A stretch of 64,000 bases of DNA from Patescibacteria group bacterium (GCA_022574775.1 JACZRI010000003.1:34308-98307); one strand, 5' to 3'; shown: positions 1 to 9,028, counted from the first letter of the stretch. Notes: generated from the sequence alone by a model not told the origin. Program-made: numbers and translations.

Positions 1-1
1 A

Positions 2-370
2 TTTCCCGATAGGTTTTTTAATTTTGGCGTAACTGAACCAAGCACGATGATAATCGCTGCTGGATTGGCATTATCTGGCTTTAAGCCATATGTATACAGT
101 ATGATAAATTTTGTAGTTTTTCGGTCTTATGAAATGGTGCGTAATGCTGTTTGCTTGCATGCAGCTAATGTGAAAATTATTGGAGTTAGGGGCAGCGAGA
201 AATACAAATTTTTAGGTTTTAGTCATAATCTTATTGTTGAGGATGAGGAAATAAAAGTTTTGGAACATCTACCCAATCTTGAGTCCTTTATTATAAAAAA
301 CCCAGAAGAGGTAAAAAGAATTGTTTTAGAATCATATAAAAGAAAGGGCCCAGTTTATATAAGACTTTGA
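2..370 (+). CDS. Transketolase-family protein, C-terminal part; the 5' end lies outside the window
   Basis: The open frame runs from the window edge. The motif GVTEPSTMIIAAGLALSG resembles the transketolase GIAEQHAV..AAGLA motif and is followed by a transketolase C-terminal-like fold. Confidence 0.55.
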   Translation, partial: FPDRFFNFGVTEPSTMIIAAGLALSGFKPYVYSMINFVVFRSYEMVRNAVCLHAANVKIIGVRGSEKYKFLGFSHNLIVEDEEIKVLEHLPNLESFIIKNPEEVKRIVLESYKRKGPVYIRL

Positions 371-373
371 AAT

Positions 374-1486
374 ATGAGCTATAAAGTTCCTTTTGTAAAT
401 TACCGTCTTCAATATAAAGAATTAAAACAAGAAATAAACAAGACCACACAGAGAGTCTTATCGCGTGGTGATTTGATTCTGAGAAAAGACGTAAAAGATT
501 TTGAAAAAAAGTTAGCTGATTTTGTAGGAGTGAAATATGCCGTAGGTTTGAATAGCGGCACCGATGGTCTCTTTTTGTCACTTTTGGCTGCAGGAATTGG
601 CAAAGGAGATGAAGTGATCACAGTTTCCCACACTTTCATAGCTTCCATAGCTCCAATAGTTCATGTTGGAGCCAAACCAATTTTAGTGGATGTTGGGGAT
701 GATTTTCTAATGGACTTAGATCAGGCAGAAGAAGTAATCACCAAAAAAACTAAGGCAATAATTCCAGTGTACTTAAACGGAAGAATGTGTGACATGGGAA
801 GACTTACAAATATTGCCAGGAAACATAATTTGATTGTGATTGAAGATGCAGCCCAAGCATTAGGAGCTTCTTTTAAAGATAAAATAGCAGGTTCTTTTGG
901 TTTTACTGGTTTTTTTAGTTTTTATCCTGCCAAAGTCCTTGGCTGTTTCGGGGATGGAGGGGCAGTGACAACTAATAATTCTAAAGTTGCCAATATCATT
1001 CGTCTTTTTCGAGACCACGGCCAAAAAACCAAAACCAAGATAACTTTCTATGGATGGAATTCTAGGTTAGATAATTTACAAGCGGCATTTTTAAATATGA
1101 AATTTAAATATCTAAAAAAATGGATAAAAAGGAGAAGAGATATTGCGAGGTTATACGGTAAAGGACTTTTTAAAATAGGGGAGTTGAAACTGCCCTTTTC
1201 TCCCGATTCAGATTCAAGGTTTTTTGATGTTTTCCAAAATTATGTTTTGCGGGCCCAAAGACGGAATGATTTTTTCGAATTTTTAAAGAAAAAAGGCATA
1301 GAAACCCTGGTTAAAGACCCCATTCCTCTTCATTGGCAAAAGGGACTTTTTCTTTCTCGCTTTCATCTTCCTTATACAGAACAACTGGCAAAAGAAGTTA
1401 TTTCTCTTCCTATGTATCCTGAGCTTACTGGCACGCAAATAGAGTATGTAATAGATTGTGTAAAAGATTTTTATTCAAATGATTAA
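374..1486 (+). CDS. DegT/DnrJ/EryC1/StrS-family PLP-dependent sugar aminotransferase
   Basis: The 370 aa product has EDAAQALGA and a glycine-rich PLP-lysine region, and it sits in a sugar-nucleotide cluster. Confidence 0.7.
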   Translation: MSYKVPFVNYRLQYKELKQEINKTTQRVLSRGDLILRKDVKDFEKKLADFVGVKYAVGLNSGTDGLFLSLLAAGIGKGDEVITVSHTFIASIAPIVHVGAKPILVDVGDDFLMDLDQAEEVITKKTKAIIPVYLNGRMCDMGRLTNIARKHNLIVIEDAAQALGASFKDKIAGSFGFTGFFSFYPAKVLGCFGDGGAVTTNNSKVANIIRLFRDHGQKTKTKITFYGWNSRLDNLQAAFLNMKFKYLKKWIKRRRDIARLYGKGLFKIGELKLPFSPDSDSRFFDVFQNYVLRAQRRNDFFEFLKKKGIETLVKDPIPLHWQKGLFLSRFHLPYTEQLAKEVISLPMYPELTGTQIEYVIDCVKDFYSND

Positions 1487-3314
1487 TTTTTTTCAACAAA
1501 ATAGAAAAGTTTTCTTCTTTTTCGGAGACGCTATTTTAATTATTATTGCTATTTATTTAGCATTTTTTTTAAGGTTTGACGGGAGAATTCCCAGCCAATA
1601 TTTTGAAGGAGTTTTCCAAGGGGCAATTGTTTTAGCTTTGATTTTTTCTTTACCTCTTTTCTATTTTTTTCGACTTTATTCTTTTTCTTGGGCTTATGTT
1701 AGTACCAGCGAATTAATATCTTTAGTCAAAGCCCTGATTATAAGTTTTTCTTTTTTCGGGGCTACTCTTTTAATTTTTGGAGATGAGCTGATTTTCCAAG
1801 GTTTTCCCCGTTCAATTCTTGTTATTGGTTATTTTTTAATATTTATCTTCAGCGGGACGATTCGTTTTTCAAAAAGAATTTATCTACAATTATTTAAAGC
1901 AAGCCCCAAAAGAGAAAAAGAGAGAATTTTAATTGCAGGAGCTGGCGATGCCGGAGAGCAAATTTTGAGAAATATTCAAGCGTTTAGAAACAGCCCTTAT
2001 TCTCCAATAGGTTTTGTAGACGATAGCGCGTCAAAAAAAGGAGTTTTAATTCATGGTTTAAAGGTCTTGGGGAAAATAAGCGATATTCCTTCTTTAGTAA
2101 AAGAAAAGAACATCGAAAGTTTAATCATTGCTTTTCCTACAGCAGGCACAAGAGCTATCCAAGAAGCAGTGGAGCAAGGGAGGAAAGCCGGGCTTCAGAA
2201 AATTAAAATTATACCGTCAATGGATGAGGTTCTTGAGGGCAAAATAGGGCTTGAAGGTTTAAGAGAAGTTCAAGTAGGGGATTTGCTGAGAAGAAAACCG
2301 CTTGCTCTAGATCAAAAATCAATCGAAAATTTTATTCAAAATAAAGTGATTTTAATTACGGGAGCTGCAGGCTCTATAGGTTCAGAACTCTGTCGCCAAG
2401 TTGCGAAATTTAATCCCTCTTCCCTGATTTTGTTAGATCAAGATGAAACCGGAATTTTTAATATTTCAGAGGAGTTAAAAAATAAATACACCCAATTAAA
2501 GTTTTTTTCAATAATTGCCGATATCCAAGATGCAGAAAAAATTAATAAAATTTTTAATCAATTCCTGCCTCATATTATCTTTCATGCAGCTGCCTATAAA
2601 CACGTACCCTTGATGGAAAAGAATCCTGATGAGGCAGTGAAGAATAATATTTTTGGGACAAAAACAGTTGCGGAGATTGCCCGAGAATCTGGCGTCGAAA
2701 AATTTATTTTCATTTCTACAGATAAGGCGGTAAATCCAACTTCAGTCATGGGTGCAACGAAGAGAATAGGGGAAATGATGTGCCAGATTTTAAATCGGAA
2801 AAATAGTACGAAATTTATTTCTGTCCGTTTTGGCAATGTTTTAGATAGTCGGGGAAGTGTGATCCCAATTTTTAGAGAACAAATAAAAAAGGGAGGGCCA
2901 GTAGAAGTGACGCATCCTGGAATGAAAAGGTATTTTATGCTTATTTCCGAAGCCTGCCTTTTAGTGATACAGGCCGGGATAATTGGCAAAGGAGGAGAAG
3001 TCTTTGTTTTAGATATGGGTAAACCCATTAAAATATTGGATTTGGCGAGAGAAATGATTCGATTTTCTGGGCTAGAGCCAGACAGAGATATTCCGATTGT
3101 ATTTACTGAACCCAGGCCTGGAGAAAGATTATTTGAAGAGATTTTTACTGCCAAAGAGAAAATTTTAGCCACTCAGAACCAAAAGATTTTTATAGCAAAA
3201 CTCCCAGCGATAGATGAAAAAAAACTAAATCGAGCTTTAAAACAATTAAAAGATGAAACCCAAAAAGTTGAAAAGGAATCAATAATAAAGACACTGAAAA
3301 TGGCCACCTCTTGA
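1479..3314 (+). CDS. Membrane-anchored polysaccharide biosynthesis protein (CapD/WbpM/PglF-like UDP-sugar 4,6-dehydratase)
   Basis: N-terminal TM helices are followed by an NAD-binding LITGAAGSIGSEL motif and a YKH catalytic region. Confidence 0.75.
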   Translation: MINFFQQNRKVFFFFGDAILIIIAIYLAFFLRFDGRIPSQYFEGVFQGAIVLALIFSLPLFYFFRLYSFSWAYVSTSELISLVKALIISFSFFGATLLIFGDELIFQGFPRSILVIGYFLIFIFSGTIRFSKRIYLQLFKASPKREKERILIAGAGDAGEQILRNIQAFRNSPYSPIGFVDDSASKKGVLIHGLKVLGKISDIPSLVKEKNIESLIIAFPTAGTRAIQEAVEQGRKAGLQKIKIIPSMDEVLEGKIGLEGLREVQVGDLLRRKPLALDQKSIENFIQNKVILITGAAGSIGSELCRQVAKFNPSSLILLDQDETGIFNISEELKNKYTQLKFFSIIADIQDAEKINKIFNQFLPHIIFHAAAYKHVPLMEKNPDEAVKNNIFGTKTVAEIARESGVEKFIFISTDKAVNPTSVMGATKRIGEMMCQILNRKNSTKFISVRFGNVLDSRGSVIPIFREQIKKGGPVEVTHPGMKRYFMLISEACLLVIQAGIIGKGGEVFVLDMGKPIKILDLAREMIRFSGLEPDRDIPIVFTEPRPGERLFEEIFTAKEKILATQNQKIFIAKLPAIDEKKLNRALKQLKDETQKVEKESIIKTLKMATS

Positions 3315-3392
3315 CATAATCATTTGATTTTGTTAATATCTAATCAGTGAGTGTGACCCTGAGAGCAATTGAAGGGCCATTCTAAAGTCGGC

Positions 3393-3426
3393 AAAAATCC
3401 TCTCTCGAGAGGATTTTTGCTTTTCC
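3393..3426 (+). terminator. Rho-independent terminator after the capD-like gene
   Basis: AAATCCTCTC-tcga-GAGAGGATTT stem followed by a TTTTGCTTTT run. Confidence 0.6.
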
Positions 3427-3743
3427 GAGAAGCATCAATACGCTAGATGCATTAATATATCAACAATAAAGTTAATATATGAATAGTGTTTTATAAATAA
3501 ATACGCGTAAATCTTGCCATGGCTTAATTTTGGCGTATGGATATAAATAAATAATAAATATAAATTAGGTTGTTTTTTGCTATATTGTTTTTATATCTAT
3601 TTATATTACTTAAAAAAAACAATTTGCTTTTTTGTGTGGATTATTTACAATATAATTGGCGGGAGGATAGCACTCACTAAAGACTTAGAATTGGAGTCAA
3701 CTCTCCCGCCTTTGCTTATTAGCTATTAGATTTTAGCGTTTAG

Positions 3744-4760
3744 GTGTTTAAGGATAAGGTATACAATAAGAAGATGAAAAAGACGAGTTTGCAAAAGTTA
3801 CTACCAGGTTTAAAGAGAAATGTTTTACTAAAAAACTATACTACTTTTAAAATTGGGGGTGCCGCCCAATTTTTTTTTGTTGCGAAAAATAAAAAAGATG
3901 TAATGAAAGCAGTCCAAACGTCCAAAAAATTAAAGCTTCCATTTTTTATTCTAGGAGAGGGAAGTAATTTGTTGATATCTGATAGGGGATTTAAAGGGTT
4001 AGTTGTCAAAATACGAAATACGAAATACGAGATACCCCGCACCAGAACAAGTTCGGTGCGGGGCAGGCAAAACATTCTGGTTTATGCAGAAGCTGGGGTT
4101 TCTTTCCCTGTTTTGGTTAAGGCAACGACTGAATTGGGATTGTCTGGATTAGAGTGGGCAGGTGGATTGCCAGGTACTCTAGGTGGAGCAATAAGGGGTA
4201 ATGCAGGAGCATTTAGAGGAGAAATAAAAGATGTTATTTTGGAAGTTGAAGCTTTGGATGAAAAAGGTAATTTAAAAACATTATCTCGAAAGCAATGTAA
4301 TTTTTCTTATCGATCCTCTATTTTTAAAAAAAATAACTGGATTGTTTTATCAACTGCGCTAAAACTGGGAAAAGGAAATAAAAAATTGATTCAGTCGATT
4401 GCAAAAAGTCATATAAGATATCGAGAAGAAAAACATCCACTTGAATATCCTAATGCCGGCAGTATTTTTAAAAACTGTGACCTCAAAAAAATTCCAAAAA
4501 GACTAAGAGCCAGTTTTAATAAAGTTGTAAAGACAGATCCATTTCCATTAATACCTTCGGCCCACCTTATTTCAGAAGCTGGATTGAAAGGATTAAGAGT
4601 TGGCCAGGCAGAAGTTTCAACCAAGCACCCAAATTATATTGTTAATCTGGGTAATACTACAGCAAAAGATGTAATAAAATTAATAAATTTAGTAAAGAAA
4701 GAAGTAAAAGATAAATTTGGAATAGTATTAGAAGAGGAAATAAAACTTGTAGGGTTTTAA
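3744..4760 (+). CDS. murB: UDP-N-acetylenolpyruvoylglucosamine reductase MurB (alternative start at 3774); carries a 36 nt in-frame palindromic insertion at 4036-4071
   Basis: NYTTFKIGG and GEGSNLLISD FAD-binding motifs plus a MurB C-terminal domain. The PRTRTSSVRGRQ segment has no counterpart in reference MurB alignments. Confidence 0.8.
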   Translation: MFKDKVYNKKMKKTSLQKLLPGLKRNVLLKNYTTFKIGGAAQFFFVAKNKKDVMKAVQTSKKLKLPFFILGEGSNLLISDRGFKGLVVKIRNTKYEIPRTRTSSVRGRQNILVYAEAGVSFPVLVKATTELGLSGLEWAGGLPGTLGGAIRGNAGAFRGEIKDVILEVEALDEKGNLKTLSRKQCNFSYRSSIFKKNNWIVLSTALKLGKGNKKLIQSIAKSHIRYREEKHPLEYPNAGSIFKNCDLKKIPKRLRASFNKVVKTDPFPLIPSAHLISEAGLKGLRVGQAEVSTKHPNYIVNLGNTTAKDVIKLINLVKKEVKDKFGIVLEEEIKLVGF

Positions 4761-4862
4761 ATTTTTATTTTTTTGATTTCTCTCTTGACCCCGCAGAGAA
4801 TTTTTTACCTTCTTGCAATCTGAGGTTTTTTATAAAAACTTTGTCGAAATTTTTCTAAGGGG

Positions 4863-4891
4863 TTGACATTGTTTCTTGAAATGAAATAATA
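4863..4891 (+). promoter_or_regulatory. Sigma70-like promoter P1 (TTGACA, 16 nt spacer, TGaAATAAT extended -10)
   Basis: TTGACA at 4863-4868 and TG-n-AATAAT at 4882-4890. The same promoter module is duplicated at 5120-5148. Confidence 0.45.
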
Positions 4892-4980
4892 AAGTAATAA
4901 AAATAGATTTTCATAAAAATTTTTCAAATAGCTGGTCGACTATTTGTTTCACTGCTCATAAAACCAATTTATTTTCAATT

Positions 4981-5070
4981 ATGGTAAAGAAAAAAGCAAA
5001 GAAAAAGAAGAAAAAGGCAGTAGTAAAGAAAAAAGCAACAAAGTCTAAAAAAAGAAAAAAAAGAAGATAA
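4981..5070 (+). CDS. Lys-rich 29 aa micro-ORF (MVKKKAKKKKKKAVVKKKATKSKKRKKRR) bracketed by promoter P1 and a terminator; could instead be an sRNA
   Basis: An open frame of 29 codons lies between a consensus-like promoter and an intrinsic terminator. No homolog was recognised. Confidence 0.25.
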   Translation: MVKKKAKKKKKKAVVKKKATKSKKRKKRR

Positions 5071-5081
5071 TATTTCTTTCA

Positions 5082-5114
5082 CCCCGTACCAGTTGGCGCG
5101 GGGTTTTTTTATTT
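5082..5114 (+). terminator. Rho-independent terminator
   Basis: CCCCGtaccagttggcgCGGGG hairpin followed by T9. Confidence 0.55.
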
Positions 5115-5119
5115 TTCCC

Positions 5120-5148
5120 TTGACACCGTTTTTAAAAATGAAATAATA
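5120..5148 (+). promoter_or_regulatory. Sigma70-like promoter P2, a duplicate of the P1 module, upstream of hpf
   Basis: TTGACA at 5120-5125, 16 nt spacer, TG-n-AATAAT. The sequence AAATGAAATAATAAA is shared with P1. Confidence 0.45.
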
Positions 5149-5171
5149 AAATAACTATTCGAAAAATTTTT

Positions 5172-5606
5172 ATGAAAATTATTATTAAAACGAAAAATAT
5201 CAAATTAACAAAAAATTCACAAAAATATATTAATGACAAAATAAATTCTTTGGAAAAGTTTTCCAGAATTTTCCAACAAAACCAAAAATATTTTTTCAAA
5301 AAAACAGGAATAGTAATCCGGATAGAGATTGGAAAAGAAACCCTGCATCATAAAAAAGGAAATATTTTTTTCGTAAAATGCCAAATGAAACTTCTTGATA
5401 AAATCTTGCGAGCAGAAGTTGTTTCAAAAAATTTGCGGGAGGCAGTAAATGAAGTCAAAAATATTTTACAAAAAGAATTAAAGCAGTCTAAAGAAAAATT
5501 AACTTCCAAAAATTTAAGAAAAGCAAGAATTTTAAAAAAATCTTTCCACCTTTCTTCTCAAGCTCGCTTTTGGAGAAAAGGTAGAATAAGAGAAGAAGGA
5601 ATATGA
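5172..5606 (+). CDS. hpf: Ribosome hibernation promoting factor / RaiA family protein
   Basis: The size, beta-alpha-beta-beta-beta-alpha pattern, and the (I/V)xIxxG...TLH motif are typical of HPF/YfiA. Confidence 0.55.
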   Translation: MKIIIKTKNIKLTKNSQKYINDKINSLEKFSRIFQQNQKYFFKKTGIVIRIEIGKETLHHKKGNIFFVKCQMKLLDKILRAEVVSKNLREAVNEVKNILQKELKQSKEKLTSKNLRKARILKKSFHLSSQARFWRKGRIREEGI

Positions 5607-6145
5607 TTCCATCAAAATTTTTCTTTACCAAAGGAGTTGGGATAGCGAAAGAAAAACTGAGTTCTTTTGAGTTAGCTTTAAGAGACGCTGATATTGAGCA
5701 GTATAATTTAGTTTCTGTTTCCAGCATTTTACCACCCGGCTGTAAAAAAATTTCAAGAGACAAGGGAATATCTATGTTAAAACCAGGCGAGATTGTGTTT
5801 TGTATTATGGCTAGAAATGAAACGAATGAACCCAATAGATTGTTAGGAGCTGCAGTTGGTTTTGCGCTACCTACTGGAGATAAAAATTATGGTTATCTTT
5901 CTGAACATCATTCTTTTGGCGAGACAGAGGGGAAAGCAGGAGATTATGCCGAAGACTTAGCAGCTTCTATGTTAGCTTCTACTCTTGGAATTAAATTTAA
6001 TCCTGATGATGCCTGGGATACTAGAAAGCAAGCCTTTCGGTTAGGCGGAAAGATAGTCTATACTTCTAATGTTACCCAAACTGCCAAAGCTAACAAAAAT
6101 GGCCTGTGGACTTCAGTCTTAGCGGCAGTCATTTTTATTCCCTAA
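5603..6145 (+). CDS. pdaD: Pyruvoyl-dependent arginine decarboxylase
   Basis: MIPSKFFFTKGVG..FELALRDA..SVSSILPPGC closely matches the PdaD N-terminus, including the serinolysis site. Confidence 0.8.
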   Translation: MIPSKFFFTKGVGIAKEKLSSFELALRDADIEQYNLVSVSSILPPGCKKISRDKGISMLKPGEIVFCIMARNETNEPNRLLGAAVGFALPTGDKNYGYLSEHHSFGETEGKAGDYAEDLAASMLASTLGIKFNPDDAWDTRKQAFRLGGKIVYTSNVTQTAKANKNGLWTSVLAAVIFIP

Positions 6146-6168
6146 GGCATTTGGACCATTTTTTTGCA

Positions 6169-7317
6169 ATGAACAATAAACTTTCAAAAAAAGAAAAACA
6201 TCTTGCCAAACTTGTTTCTGAATACGCAAAACTGAACCTAAAAGAGTATAAAAAAGTAAGGAATATTACTCAAAAATACAAGACAAAAAAAGTTGAGACC
6301 ATTGATGTTAATTCCAAAAGTGTTTCTGAACTTTTATCTGCGATGGCAAAAACAGGTTTTCAGGGCAGGAAGCTTGGTGAAGTAGTTGATGTTTGGGAAG
6401 AGATGATTAAGGACAAGAATATAACTATCATAATGGGGTATACGGGTTCTTTAAGCACAACAGGTCAGTGGAAGATAATAAATTGGCTGATAGAAAATAG
6501 ATATATAGATGTTTTGGTTTCGACAGGAGCCAACATCTCTGAAGAGATTGTAGAGGGTATGGGGTATCATTACTGGCAAGGAAGCCAGAATGCTGATGAT
6601 GCTAAGTTATTAGATAGCGATATTAACAGGTATTATGATATTTTTGGGGACGATGTAGAGTATCTGGACATGATAAACTTGATAGCTAAATTTATCATGA
6701 CCTGTAAAGAAGGCTATAATTATTCTACAATGGAATTCCTGCGCGACTTTGGCCTGTGGTTGAATAAGAGAAAAGTAGACAGTATTGTAGGGGTTGCTGC
6801 CAAAGCCAAAGTTCCTGTTTTCAGTCCTGCTTTGGTAGATTCAGCGTATGGAGATGCTGTATTGATAGCAAAGAGTAAGAACTTCGATTTAATACTTGAT
6901 CAGGCAAAAGATTATGTAGAATTCATGGGTCTGGCAAGAAAGGTAAAGGATATCGGAGTAATTTACATAGGCGGTGGCGTACCAAAAGACTTCATTCAAC
7001 TTTTAGCGGTATCTGCGCCTCTTGAATATTATGATAAAAAAATACCTGACAGATCTGGAGGCGTTTTTCGTCCTGCAACCAACGAATGGTTTTATCCTCA
7101 CAAGTATGCTATACAAATAACTACTGACAGTCCGCAATGGGGAGGCCTTTCGGGATGCACTTTCGAAGAAGCGAGCAGCTGGGGCAAAGAAGAACCAGGT
7201 GGCAAGAATGTAACGTGCTACTGCGATGCCACCATAGCCTTGCCGATTGTCACACATGCTTTGGCAGAAAGAATCAAAACAAAAAGAAAAGGTACTGATT
7301 TTTCCGACCTTTTTTAA
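6169..7317 (+). CDS. Deoxyhypusine synthase-like protein (DHS family)
   Basis: The GSLSTTG...LVSTGANISEE Rossmann-like DHS signature is present, and the gene sits between pdaD and speB. Confidence 0.65.
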   Translation: MNNKLSKKEKHLAKLVSEYAKLNLKEYKKVRNITQKYKTKKVETIDVNSKSVSELLSAMAKTGFQGRKLGEVVDVWEEMIKDKNITIIMGYTGSLSTTGQWKIINWLIENRYIDVLVSTGANISEEIVEGMGYHYWQGSQNADDAKLLDSDINRYYDIFGDDVEYLDMINLIAKFIMTCKEGYNYSTMEFLRDFGLWLNKRKVDSIVGVAAKAKVPVFSPALVDSAYGDAVLIAKSKNFDLILDQAKDYVEFMGLARKVKDIGVIYIGGGVPKDFIQLLAVSAPLEYYDKKIPDRSGGVFRPATNEWFYPHKYAIQITTDSPQWGGLSGCTFEEASSWGKEEPGGKNVTCYCDATIALPIVTHALAERIKTKRKGTDFSDLF

Positions 7318-7326
7318 AGAATAAAA

Positions 7327-8190
7327 ATGAAGAAACCTTCTTATCCAACTTTGGAGCCTTTCAATTTTCTTGGCCTAGAAAAGCAAGATTATGAAAAAGC
7401 AAAAGTAATAATTTTCCCAGTTCCTTATAGCTCAACCACGTATTGGAAATCAGAAACAAAAGATGGGCCAAGAGCAATCATTGAGGCTTCCAGGCACTTG
7501 GAGCTTTACGATTTAGAGCTAAAAAAAGATCCCTCCAGAATAGGGATTTTTACGTTGGAGCAATTAGAACCATCAAAAGATTCTCCTAAAGCGACCATAG
7601 CCAGAATAAAAAAAATAATAAAAGATCTGTTAAAAGATGGGAAATTCCCCCTGATGATAGGGGGGGAACATTCAATTACTAACGGAGCTATTCAAGCTTT
7701 CAAAGAAAAATTTTTAAACTTTTCTGTTTTGCACATTGATGCCCATACAGATTCGAGAGATGAATTTGAAGGAACAAAATGGCATCATGCTTGTGTAATG
7801 AGAAGGGCAAGGGATTTTAAGATTCCAGTAACGCAAGTTGGAATTCGAAGTATTTCAGAAGAAGAAGCAGAATATTTTAAAAAGAAAAAGATTAAGAGTA
7901 TTTTTTATTCCCCAAATCTTCCGCTTAATAAAATCATTGCCACTTTGAAAAAAAATGTATATATAACCTTTGATTTAGACGTTTTTGATCCTTCTATTAT
8001 GCCCTCTGTGGGAACCCCAGAGCCTGGAGGTCTTGGCTGGTATGAAACCTTAGATCTTATTAGAGCAATTGCGAAAAAAAGAAAAATAATCGGAGCAGAC
8101 GTAGTAGAACTTTGCCCAATTCCAGGAATTTCTGCCCCTGATTTTTTAGCAGCAAAACTGGTGTATAAAATCATAAGCTATATAGCGTAA
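7327..8190 (+). CDS. speB: Agmatinase (arginase/ureohydrolase family)
   Basis: GGEHSIT, DAHTDSRD and DLDVFDPS..PGG manganese-binding motifs. Confidence 0.8.
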   Translation: MKKPSYPTLEPFNFLGLEKQDYEKAKVIIFPVPYSSTTYWKSETKDGPRAIIEASRHLELYDLELKKDPSRIGIFTLEQLEPSKDSPKATIARIKKIIKDLLKDGKFPLMIGGEHSITNGAIQAFKEKFLNFSVLHIDAHTDSRDEFEGTKWHHACVMRRARDFKIPVTQVGIRSISEEEAEYFKKKKIKSIFYSPNLPLNKIIATLKKNVYITFDLDVFDPSIMPSVGTPEPGGLGWYETLDLIRAIAKKRKIIGADVVELCPIPGISAPDFLAAKLVYKIISYIA

Positions 8191-8410
8191 TACGCAATAA
8201 AACAACTTTAAATAATTATTTCAGCCTAATGCGCAGTAAGAAATCTGTGCTTTTTTCTTTTGAAAAATCGGCATCAGGTAAGAATCCAGGAGAATTTTAC
8301 CAATTAATAAAAGATGGCCAAGAGAGCAGTTGATATATTCAAGTTATGCTGTGGCTATTCATAGCCGGGACAAACTATAACATCTCCAGTTTTTTACGAG
8401 CATTAAACCC

Positions 8411-8439
8411 TTGACAGATAATTATTATGGTATTATAAT
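8411..8439 (+). promoter_or_regulatory. Perfect-consensus sigma70 promoter (TTGACA-17-TATAAT)
   Basis: TTGACA at 8411-8416, a 17 nt spacer and TATAAT at 8434-8439, lying 40 nt upstream of a strong SD (AAGGGAGG) and the ATG at 8481. Confidence 0.6.
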
Positions 8440-8480
8440 AAATATAGAAACTAGGAAAGGAAGAAGAAAGGGAGGTTGGA

Positions 8481-8929
8481 TGACAACGATAGGAGAGCTG
8501 GAAGGTGTACAGCCTGGCGGTACGGTAATCGTTTCGGGGCAAGGCTACATCATCGTGGAGGTGGACGAGTACAAGTTCGGCGACTTTAAGTGGCTGAACC
8601 TGGTCTCTCATCATCAAGACAGCGAAAGGCTGATTGTCTTTGAAATCGCAGAAGGCAAAGTGAGGCGCTGGGATGAGGTTAATCTCCCTGGCGCTACGGT
8701 GGATGACGAGACCCTCGAGTACAAAAGAGAGAAGTTCGAGCGAGACGTGACGGGTATTCCCCACGTTTCAACCCATACCGAAGAGGAAGATGAAGAAGGC
8801 GAAATTTCTTACTCGGTCCTGGATGCTGAGTCTGAAAACAAACTTTTCATAAAGGAGAATGATGACGGTGAAGTCACTGTCTACTTCTCCGAAGGAACGG
8901 TTCCTCTCGACGCCATCCGGGTTCTGTAA
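8481..8929 (+). CDS. Hypothetical acidic protein encoded in a GC-rich (about 50%) island; the frame opens upstream at 8411
   Basis: A strong RBS (AAGGGAGG, 7 nt, ATG) and a terminator hairpin downstream. Its composition is strongly atypical for this genome. Confidence 0.5.
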
Positions 8930-8975
8930 GGATGTGGTAAATTTGAGCTAACTCCTTGGAAATACTCTCCATAGA

Positions 8976-9012
8976 AAGGCTCTCTGGCTTCGGTCGGAGA
9001 GCCTTTTGTATT
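8976..9012 (+). terminator. Rho-independent terminator
   Basis: aGGCTCTC-loop-GAGAGCCt stem followed by TTTTGTATT. Confidence 0.6.
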
Positions 9013-9028
9013 ACAAATCTAGCCCAAA

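Noticed and set aside
291-648. Minus-strand ORFs (291-581 and 409-648) overlapping the transketolase and DegT genes
   Set aside because: They lie fully inside well-supported plus-strand genes, have low-complexity products and no homology signal. They are typical antisense artefacts of AT-rich DNA.
2594-3172. A 192 aa minus-strand ORF inside the capD-like gene
   Set aside because: It is antisense to a gene with clear NAD-binding and catalytic motifs, and no independent evidence supports it.
3480-3640. AT-rich spacer with a DnaA-box-like 9-mer as a candidate oriC
   Set aside because: There is a single imperfect box (TGTGGATTA), no cluster of boxes, and no dnaA or dnaN nearby.
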